DNA of 64,000 nucleotides. Source: Alphaproteobacteria bacterium (GTDB lineage: Bacteria; Pseudomonadota; Alphaproteobacteria; GCA-2731375). A program made the position numbers and the translations under genes. Where the stretch lies: the NCBI GenBank assembly GCA_965232515.1, contig CBDDPY010000002.1, positions 4,448,001-4,512,000 on the forward strand, in the 5' to 3' direction. A model generated the notes under the pieces. It did no database searches. It saw only the letters and a list, made by a program, of their open reading frames with translations, and was not told the DNA's origin. Shown here in pieces: positions 56,856-64,000 of this stretch (positions are counted from its first letter, which is position 1; the number at the start of each line of letters is the position of its first letter).

Positions 56856-57601
56856 GTCTCTAGCTTACGTACCTTTTCTGAGGGGCCGGCGAACGTGGAC
56901 GTGTCATCGCTCTTGGGCCTGGTGTCGTGCAGGCGCTTGCCTTCGATCACGTAGTGAATGTTCTCGGCCATGTTGGTGGTGTGATCGCCCATCCGCTCGA
57001 TGTTTTTGGCGATGAACAGCAAGTGCGTGCACGAGGTGATGTTGCGCGGGTCTTCCATCATGTAGGTGAGAAGCTCGCGGAACAGGCTGTTGTAGAGCTC
57101 GTCCACTTCCTCGTCGCGGTTCCAGACGTCGATCGCCCGGGCGATGTCGCGTTCGGCATAGGCGTCGAGCACGTCCTTGATCATGCGCTGAACCAGGCTG
57201 CCGATACGCGGCACATTGTGGACCGGCGCCACCATGGGCGCCTGGTTCAGGGCGATCGCCCGCTTGGCCACGTTCTTGGCGTAATCGCCAACACGCTCGA
57301 TATCGCCGGAGAGCTTCAGCGCGGCGACGATGTTACGCAGGTCGACCGCCATGGGTTGGCGGAGCGCCAGCAGCCGGGTGCAGAACTCGTTGACCTCATC
57401 GTCGAGGTCATCGATCTGTTGATCCGTGTCGATGACCTTCTGCGCCAGCTCGCTGTCGCGTCGGATCACGGCCTGAATGGCGGCCGCGAGCTGGCTTTCG
57501 GCCAGACCGCCCATGCGCAGCAGCATGGACGACAACTGCTTCAGATCATCGTCGTAGGAACTGACGATGTGTTCGGTGCTTTCGCCGGAATTCTCCATCA
57601 C
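56852..57601 (-). CDS. phoU: Phosphate signalling protein PhoU
   Basis: QPMAVDLR, ERVGDYAKN, ERMGDH.TN.AE. Confidence 0.96.
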   Translation of the reverse strand: MMENSGESTEHIVSSYDDDLKQLSSMLLRMGGLAESQLAAAIQAVIRRDSELAQKVIDTDQQIDDLDDEVNEFCTRLLALRQPMAVDLRNIVAALKLSGDIERVGDYAKNVAKRAIALNQAPMVAPVHNVPRIGSLVQRMIKDVLDAYAERDIARAIDVWNRDEEVDELYNSLFRELLTYMMEDPRNITSCTHLLFIAKNIERMGDHTTNMAENIHYVIEGKRLHDTRPKSDDTSTFAGPSEKVRKLET

Positions 57602-57636
57602 GACGCTCCTTGAGGCATGTGTGTCCGTGCGTCCGT

Positions 57637-58437
57637 CTAGCCGAACCTGCCGGTAATATAGTCCTGAGTCCGCGAATCATGCGGGCTCGTGAAGATGGTT
57701 TCCGTGGCGCCGTACTCGACCACGTAGCCGAGGTGGAAAAAGGCCGTGAATTGCGAAACACGGGCGGCCTGCTGCATTGAGTGGGTGACGATCACGATGG
57801 TGTAGTTCTCGCGCAGCTCGTCGATCAATTCCTCGATCCTGGCCGTCGCGATCGGATCCAACGCCGAGCACGGCTCGTCCATCAGCACCACCTCCGGATT
57901 AACCGCGATCGCCCGGGCGATGCACAGACGTTGCTGCTGACCGCCCGAAAGGCCGGTGCCGGGCTGCTCGAGCCGGTCCTTCACTTCGTTCCACAGGCCG
58001 GCTTTTTCCAGACTGTTCTGCACCACGCCGTCCAGTTCGTCGCGGCCTTCGGTCAGGCCATGAATGCGCGGTCCGTAGGCCACGTTGTCGTAGATCGATT
58101 TCGGGAACGGGTTCGGCTTCTGGAACACCATGCCGACCCGGGCCCGCAACTGCACCGGATCGAGCGTCCGGTCATAGACGTCGGCGCCGTCGAGATGGAT
58201 GGCGCCTTCGACCCGGCAGCCGTCGACGACGTCGTTCATCCGGTTGAGGCAGCGCAGGAACGTGCTCTTGCCACAACCCGACGGGCCGATCAGCGAGGTC
58301 ACCTTTTGCTGCGCGATGTCGAGGTCGACGTCGAACAGGGCCTGTTTGTCGCCGTAGAAGACATTGACTTTCCGGGCCATGATCTTCGGCGATACGTTGG
58401 ATGACACCTCGGTATTGGCTTGTTCGGCGACGACCAT
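57637..58437 (-). CDS. pstB: Phosphate ABC transporter ATPase
   Basis: [39 protein letters not shown]. Confidence 0.97.
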   Translation of the reverse strand: MVVAEQANTEVSSNVSPKIMARKVNVFYGDKQALFDVDLDIAQQKVTSLIGPSGCGKSTFLRCLNRMNDVVDGCRVEGAIHLDGADVYDRTLDPVQLRARVGMVFQKPNPFPKSIYDNVAYGPRIHGLTEGRDELDGVVQNSLEKAGLWNEVKDRLEQPGTGLSGGQQQRLCIARAIAVNPEVVLMDEPCSALDPIATARIEELIDELRENYTIVIVTHSMQQAARVSQFTAFFHLGYVVEYGATETIFTSPHDSRTQDYITGRFG

Positions 58438-58450
58438 TGACTTGTTCCCC

Positions 58451-59755
58451 CTACCAGCGCCGTTCGAACTTCTTGCGCAAGAACACGGCGGCGAGATTCA
58501 TCAGCACCAGGAAGGCCAGCAGCACCACGATCGCCGCCGATGTGCGCTCGACGAAGGCGCGCTCCGGGCTATCGGCCCAAAGATAGATCTGCACCGGCAG
58601 CACCGTCGCGGCGTCCGTCACGCTGCCCGGAATATCGACGATGAAGGCGACCATGCCGATCATCAGCAGCGGCGCGGTTTCACCCAGCGCCTGGGCCATG
58701 CCGATGATCGTGCCGGTCAGAATGCCGGGCATGGCCAGCGGCAGGACGTGCTGGGTGACCACCTGCATGCGGCTCGCGCCCATGCCCAGCGCCGCCTCGC
58801 GGATCGACGGCGGCACCGCCTTCAGCGCCGCGCGCGACGCGATGATGATGGTCGGGAGCGTCATCAGGGCCAGCACCATGCCGCCGACCAGCGGCGCCGA
58901 GCGCGGCAGGCCGAAGAAGTTCAGGAATACGGCGAGGCCGAGCAGACCGAAGACGATCGACGGCACGGCGGCCAGGTTGTTGATGTTGACCTCGATCAGG
59001 TCGGTCCAGCGGTTCTTCGGCGCGAACTCTTCCAGGTAGATCGCGGTCATCACGCCGACCGGAAAGGCCAGCAGCAGCGTGACGAGCAGCGTGAAGAACG
59101 AGCCGACGGCGGCGCCCCAGATGCCGGCCAGCTCGGGCTCACGGCTGTCGCCGCTGGTGAAGAAGCGGGTATTGAACTGTCGTTCGATCAGGCCGCGCTC
59201 GACCAGGGTCTCGACCCAGGCGATCTGCTTGTCGTTGAGCCGTCGGCCGCTCTCCTCGGTTTCCTTCTTGATATAGCCCTTGATGAACATGTCGACATCG
59301 TCGGCCGCGGGCATCCAGAACTTGACGGTCTGTCCGACCAGGCTGGGGTCGTCCATGACGATCTGCTGCAACTCGAACCCGGCGCCCGAACTGATCAGGT
59401 CGTTGGCCGCCCGCCGGTCGCGCCGGCCGGAAATCTCCGGGAACTGACTACGCAGCGCCCGTTTGACCATGCCGCCATAATCGGCGCGGGCCAGCACGGC
59501 CGGATCGCCGGTGCCCTGCGGATCGAGCGTGGCGGCGTCGAGATCGACCTCGATCTGGATCATGGTCTGCAGAAACGCCGTATAGGCCTTGGATCCGATG
59601 CTGACGAACAGCGTCGCCAGGCAGAGCATGGCGAGCACGATGGCCACGATGCCGATTATCTGAAACCGCCGCTCCGCGGCATAGCGCGCGCGCAGGCGTT
59701 TTTCCATCCGGTCCTCGAACGCGCCGGCCGGCGGTTTGGTGGCCAGATCAGTCAT
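58451..59755 (-). CDS. pstA: Phosphate ABC transporter permease
   Basis: [28 protein letters not shown]. Confidence 0.96.
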   Translation of the reverse strand: MTDLATKPPAGAFEDRMEKRLRARYAAERRFQIIGIVAIVLAMLCLATLFVSIGSKAYTAFLQTMIQIEVDLDAATLDPQGTGDPAVLARADYGGMVKRALRSQFPEISGRRDRRAANDLISSGAGFELQQIVMDDPSLVGQTVKFWMPAADDVDMFIKGYIKKETEESGRRLNDKQIAWVETLVERGLIERQFNTRFFTSGDSREPELAGIWGAAVGSFFTLLVTLLLAFPVGVMTAIYLEEFAPKNRWTDLIEVNINNLAAVPSIVFGLLGLAVFLNFFGLPRSAPLVGGMVLALMTLPTIIIASRAALKAVPPSIREAALGMGASRMQVVTQHVLPLAMPGILTGTIIGMAQALGETAPLLMIGMVAFIVDIPGSVTDAATVLPVQIYLWADSPERAFVERTSAAIVVLLAFLVLMNLAAVFLRKKFERRW

Positions 59756-61130
59756 ATTTTTCCCGATACTTTTTGACGATCTGCAGGGCGACCACGTTCA
59801 GCGCCAGCGTGACGATGAACAGCATCAGGCCCAGGGCGAAGGCCGCCAGCGTCTTCGGACTGTCGAATTCCTGGTCGCCGACCAGCAGGGTTACGATCTG
59901 CACGGTCACCGTGGTCACCGCCTGCAGCGGATTGACCGTCAGGTTCGCGGCCAGACCCGCGGCCATGACCACGATCATGGTCTCGCCGATGGCGCGGCTG
60001 GCGGCCAGCAGGACGCTGCCAACGATGCCGGGCAACGCCGCCGGCACGATGACCTGACGGATCGTCTCCGATTTCGTGGCGCCGAGCCCGAACGAGCCTT
60101 CGCGCAGCGATTGCGGCACTGCGGTGATGACGTCGTCGGAGAGCGACGACACGAACGGGATGATCATGATGCCCATGACCAGACCGGCGGCCAACGCGCT
60201 CTCGCTGGCGACGTCGAGACCCAGCACGGAGCCGGTATCCCGCAACACCGGGGCCACGGTCAGGGCGGCGAAGAAGCCATAAACCACGGTCGGGATGCCG
60301 GCCAGGATCTCGAGCATCGGCTTGACCACCGACCGCACGCGCTCCGGCGCGTATTCGGCCATGTAGATTGCCGACATCAAGCCGATCGGCACGGCGACCA
60401 GCATGGCGATAAAGCTGATCAGCAGGGTGCCGAGGAACAGCGGCACCGCGCCGAACGATCCGGACGAGCCGACCTGGTCGGCGCGTATCGCCGTCTGCGG
60501 GCTCCATTCCAGGCCGAACAGGAATTCGGTTATCGGGACGGCGTTGAAGAACCGCATCGCCTCGAACAACAGCGACAGGACAATGCCGGCTGTCGTGAAT
60601 ATGGCGATGGTCGAGCTGGCGATCAGGAAGACCATCAGCACGCGCTCCACCTCGTTGCGGGCGCGCAGCTCGGGCGCGATGTAACGCCGCCCGATGCTGA
60701 GGCCGCCGACCGCCAATGCCAGGACCACGACGGCCATGGCGGCAAATCCGATCGAGCGAAGATTGTTGTAGTGCTCCGCGGCGGCAAGCACCGTCGGATC
60801 CGGATCCGCGCGCACGACGTTGCCGGTCGCCAGATTGCGGATGTCGTTCAGCAGCAACGACAAGCGCTCCGGCGCCAGGTTCTGGCTCTCCGTCGGCAGG
60901 CCGGAAACCACCAGCGACGTGACGATGGTGGGCTCGAACGCCAACCAGGCCGCCATGACCAGAAATGCCGGCACGCCGCACCAGAGCGCGACGTAGAAGC
61001 CGTAATAGCCGGGCAGCGAATGCAGGTTCCGGGCATGGCCATGGCCGCTGGCAAGGGCCCGGACACGGCCCATGCGGAAACCGACGATGGTCAGCAGCAA
61101 TAAGACCGAGACGAGGATCGTGAGTTGCAT
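59748..61130 (-). CDS. pstC: Phosphate ABC transporter permease
   Basis: LAGIPTVVYG, GLGAT..ET, SRAIGETM. Confidence 0.96.
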   Translation of the reverse strand: MQLTILVSVLLLLTIVGFRMGRVRALASGHGHARNLHSLPGYYGFYVALWCGVPAFLVMAAWLAFEPTIVTSLVVSGLPTESQNLAPERLSLLLNDIRNLATGNVVRADPDPTVLAAAEHYNNLRSIGFAAMAVVVLALAVGGLSIGRRYIAPELRARNEVERVLMVFLIASSTIAIFTTAGIVLSLLFEAMRFFNAVPITEFLFGLEWSPQTAIRADQVGSSGSFGAVPLFLGTLLISFIAMLVAVPIGLMSAIYMAEYAPERVRSVVKPMLEILAGIPTVVYGFFAALTVAPVLRDTGSVLGLDVASESALAAGLVMGIMIIPFVSSLSDDVITAVPQSLREGSFGLGATKSETIRQVIVPAALPGIVGSVLLAASRAIGETMIVVMAAGLAANLTVNPLQAVTTVTVQIVTLLVGDQEFDSPKTLAAFALGLMLFIVTLALNVVALQIVKKYREKYD

Positions 61131-61233
61131 TGGCGGTGCTTATCGAGTCTTGGCTCGGTGGCTAGGGCGGTCACGATGCCCCGTCGAGAGGAAATCCGGC
61201 GGCCGATCCGATGCCGGCCGCCGGACGACCGAA

Positions 61234-62274
61234 CTACATCGACAGGTTGGCCAGGGACTTGGCCTGGTCGCCGACCTTCATCCGCATCTCCTCGGGCAGC
61301 GGGATCAGGCCCTTGTCCGCGAGATATCCGTCCGGACCCCAGGCCCGGTCGGCGGTGAACTCGGCCACATACTCCTTGATGCCCGGGATGACGCCGACAT
61401 GCGCCTTCTTGACGTAGAAGTACATCGAGCGCGACACGCCGTACTCGCCGTCGGCGATGTTGTCGAAGGTCGGCTCGGTGCCGTCGATCTTGGCGCCCTG
61501 GATCTTGTCGGAGTTCTGGTCCAGGAAGCTGAAGCCGAAGATGCCGAAGGCATTCGGATTGGCCTCCAGCTTCTGCACGATCAGGTTGTCGTTCTCGCCG
61601 GCCTCGATGAAGGCGCCGTCTTCACGAATGCTGTGGGCGACGGCCTTGAACTTCTTCTTGTCGGCTTTGCGCATGGCGGCCAGCATCTCGATCTTCTTGG
61701 CGCCGCCCTCCATGGCCAGTTCCAGGAACGCGTCGCGCGTGCCCGACGTCGGCGGCGGGCCCAGGACCTCGATCTTGATGGCCGGCAGTGACGCATCGAC
61801 GTCCTTCCAGGTCATGTAGGGGTTCGCGACCAGCTTGCCGTCGACCGGCACCTGCTTGGCCAGCGCCCGGAACACCTGTTCCTTGGTCAGCGTCATCTGC
61901 TGTCCCGACTTCGAGTTGCCGAGCACGATGCCGTCAAAACCGATCTTGACCTCGACGATATCAGTGACGCCGTTCTTGGCGCAGCTCTCGACTTCGGAGC
62001 TCTTGATCCGCCGCGAGGCGTTGGTGATGTCTGGATGCTCGATGCCGACGCCGGCGCAGAACAGCTTCAGGCCGCCGCCCGAGCCGGTGCTCTCGACCAC
62101 CGGGGTCTTGAAGCTGGAGGTCTTGCCGAACTGCTCGGCGACCGCCGTGGAAAACGGAAACACGGTGGACGATCCGACGATGCGGATCTGGTCGCGCGCC
62201 TGCGCCGCACCGGTCAGCAACGCCGTTGCCGCGGCGATGGCAATGATGCCGGAAGCGCTTGTCATACGGGTCAT
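61234..62274 (-). CDS. pstS: Phosphate ABC transporter substrate-binding protein
   Basis: Signal peptide; VGSSTV.P, STGSGGG, NASR, TSGTRD.F. Confidence 0.95.
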   Translation of the reverse strand: MTRMTSASGIIAIAAATALLTGAAQARDQIRIVGSSTVFPFSTAVAEQFGKTSSFKTPVVESTGSGGGLKLFCAGVGIEHPDITNASRRIKSSEVESCAKNGVTDIVEVKIGFDGIVLGNSKSGQQMTLTKEQVFRALAKQVPVDGKLVANPYMTWKDVDASLPAIKIEVLGPPPTSGTRDAFLELAMEGGAKKIEMLAAMRKADKKKFKAVAHSIREDGAFIEAGENDNLIVQKLEANPNAFGIFGFSFLDQNSDKIQGAKIDGTEPTFDNIADGEYGVSRSMYFYVKKAHVGVIPGIKEYVAEFTADRAWGPDGYLADKGLIPLPEEMRMKVGDQAKSLANLSM

Positions 62275-62404
62275 GGGAGAAGTCTCCTCGAGGATTTGAC
62301 GGGCTTGGATGTCATCAATTGAACGTCATCACGATCGACCTTCGCTTCACAGCCAGCAGGCTCGCGGTGCCAGGCGATCACCATTGCCGGCATAAGGCGT
62401 GACG

Positions 62405-62444
62405 GCGACAAATGTATGAAATTCGTGTTGCAGTTTAATGACAG
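62405..62444 (-). promoter_or_regulatory. PHO box array upstream of pstS (four 11-bp-period units)
   Basis: Minus strand reads CTGTCAT-taaa-CTGCAAC-acga-ATTTCAT-acat-TTGTCGC; consensus unit is CTGTCAT. Confidence 0.85.
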
Positions 62445-62486
62445 AGATCAAGGCGGTCCGGGAAGATGCCCGGAAATCAGCCAATC

Positions 62487-63875
62487 TCAGACTGGCGCGG
62501 CCGGCAAGTAGATGGTGAACGCGCTGCCCTCGCCTGGCCGCGAGTCGATGGTCAGGACGCCGCGATGCCGATTGACGATATGCTTAACGATGGCCAGCCC
62601 CAGACCGGTGCCGCCGAGCTCGCGGCTGCGCGCCGTATCGACCCGATAGAATCGTTCGGTCAGCCGCGGCAGATGTTCCCGCGCGATCCCGGGCCCCTGG
62701 TCCTGGATGCGAATCATCAGTGCGTTCTCGCGGTCGGTAATGCCGGGCAGCGCCCGGTCCGCGCGCGCGGCCTCGATCCGCACCTCGCCCTCGCCGCCGT
62801 ATTTGATGGCATTGTCGACCAGGTTCTGCATGACCTGTTCCAGCTCGTTGATGTCGCCCAGCGCCGCGGGCAGATCGTCCGCCATGGCGACATCGACGTT
62901 CACATTGGCGGCATCCGCCTTCAGTGTCAGACCGTCGGTCACGCGATCGATCACCGCCCGCAGGTCGACGGTACCGGTTGGCGGCGTGTGCTCGTTCAGC
63001 TCGATCCGACTGAGCGACAGCAGATCCTCGACCAGCCGCGTCATGCGGGTCGATTGCGTCGCCATGATCTGCAGAAACCGGTCGATCGCCTCATCGTCGT
63101 CGCGCCCGGGACCCTGCAAGGTCTCGATGCAGCCGCTCAAGGTCGCCAGAGGCGTGCGGATCTCGTGACTGGCATTGGCGACGAAATCGGCGCGCATCTG
63201 TTCGGTGCGGCGCTGTTCGGTGAAGTCGCGCAGCGACAGCACGACATGGGTGCCGTCGAGCGCCGGCTGCGGCAGCCGCACGACCCGGCAGGCGAACTCC
63301 CGCTCGACCGGCGACGGCAGGCTGAATTCGACGGACTGCGACACCGCGCCGTCCAGCACCATGTCGACGGCCTCCTGCACGGGTGGGCTGCGCAGAACCT
63401 GGGTCAGCGACCGTCCGTCGATGCCGTCGCCAAACAGATCGCGCGCGGCCCGGTTGGTTCGCGTGATCGAGCGTTCGTCGCTCAACTGCAGTACCGGGTC
63501 CGGCAGCGCGTCCAGCACCGCCGTTGCCAGCATGCCGGCATCCTCCGCCGTCGCGGTCAATGCCTCCAGGCGCCGCTGCAGCCGGATACCGACGGTCTCC
63601 ATCTCCTCGCCGCCGACGATCGACGTCAGGCGTGGCGCGGTGGCGGGTTCGCCGTCGGCAATCCGGCCGAAGAAGCTGCCGGCTTCGGCGATGTCGTTCA
63701 ACGATCGCCACAGCATCACGGCCATGCCGGCCGTCGCGATCAGCCAAAGGCCGATCGCCGGTCCCAGGCCGATCTGGCCGGTGAACAGCAAGGCGATGGC
63801 CGCGCCCGCCAACGGCGTCGACAGGGCGAGCGCCGACAGGACCGCGCGCGTGGCGAGTGGTTTCGGCCGATACAA
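62487..63875 (-). CDS. phoR: Phosphate regulon sensor kinase PhoR
   Basis: Two TM helices, PAS-like region, [39 protein letters not shown]; upstream of the pst operon. Confidence 0.92.
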   Translation of the reverse strand: MYRPKPLATRAVLSALALSTPLAGAAIALLFTGQIGLGPAIGLWLIATAGMAVMLWRSLNDIAEAGSFFGRIADGEPATAPRLTSIVGGEEMETVGIRLQRRLEALTATAEDAGMLATAVLDALPDPVLQLSDERSITRTNRAARDLFGDGIDGRSLTQVLRSPPVQEAVDMVLDGAVSQSVEFSLPSPVEREFACRVVRLPQPALDGTHVVLSLRDFTEQRRTEQMRADFVANASHEIRTPLATLSGCIETLQGPGRDDDEAIDRFLQIMATQSTRMTRLVEDLLSLSRIELNEHTPPTGTVDLRAVIDRVTDGLTLKADAANVNVDVAMADDLPAALGDINELEQVMQNLVDNAIKYGGEGEVRIEAARADRALPGITDRENALMIRIQDQGPGIAREHLPRLTERFYRVDTARSRELGGTGLGLAIVKHIVNRHRGVLTIDSRPGEGSAFTIYLPAAPV

Positions 63876-64000
63876 GCTGCGCTCCTGCCGCTCATCCGTT
63901 GAGGAACAGATGCGCCCAGAATTGGCCGATCGTTACAGACCGGTCAATGTCGGAACGCGTTGAGGTCGCATTTCCCGCGCCGAACCGTCAGCGACCGGCT

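Overview
The window has two parts. Positions 1 to about 35087 are the right-hand portion of a lower-GC integrative element (left end outside the window) that interrupts the comM/yifB gene at its conserved (N/P)-P-C-x-C-G codons. Its backbone comprises a P-loop ATPase with a nearby iteron-like inverted repeat, a large serine recombinase, a long ParB-family protein, two VirD4/TraD/HerA-like ATPases, an Xre-RES toxin-antitoxin pair, and a double-HTH regulator with no start codon inside the element. It also carries about 19 kb of cargo: a secreted EEP nuclease, a multicopper oxidase plus Tat tyrosinase operon, an SGNH hydrolase/V8 protease operon, and an orphan purM cassette further right. The most striking cargo is a four-gene NLR-like operon: protease, EAD1-protease, EAD1-NTPase, and STAND-TPR-EAD1-protease. 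The last protease domain has lost its catalytic triad but keeps the Glu-specific S1 residues, and every protease domain on the island is preceded by an x-L-E site, which suggests a Glu-specific zymogen cascade with a pseudoprotease. Positions about 35088-64000 are ordinary GC-rich alphaproteobacterial (Rhodospirillales-like) chromosome: acyl-CoA dehydrogenase/LysR, treT-galT, a hybrid kinase, ampG, nsrR with a truncated haemoglobin, a macrodomain protein, olsB, SDRs, tartrate dehydrogenase, an acyl-CoA ligase and phoR-pstSCAB-phoU-phoB with a PHO box. All assignments come from reading motifs by eye; no database searches were run.
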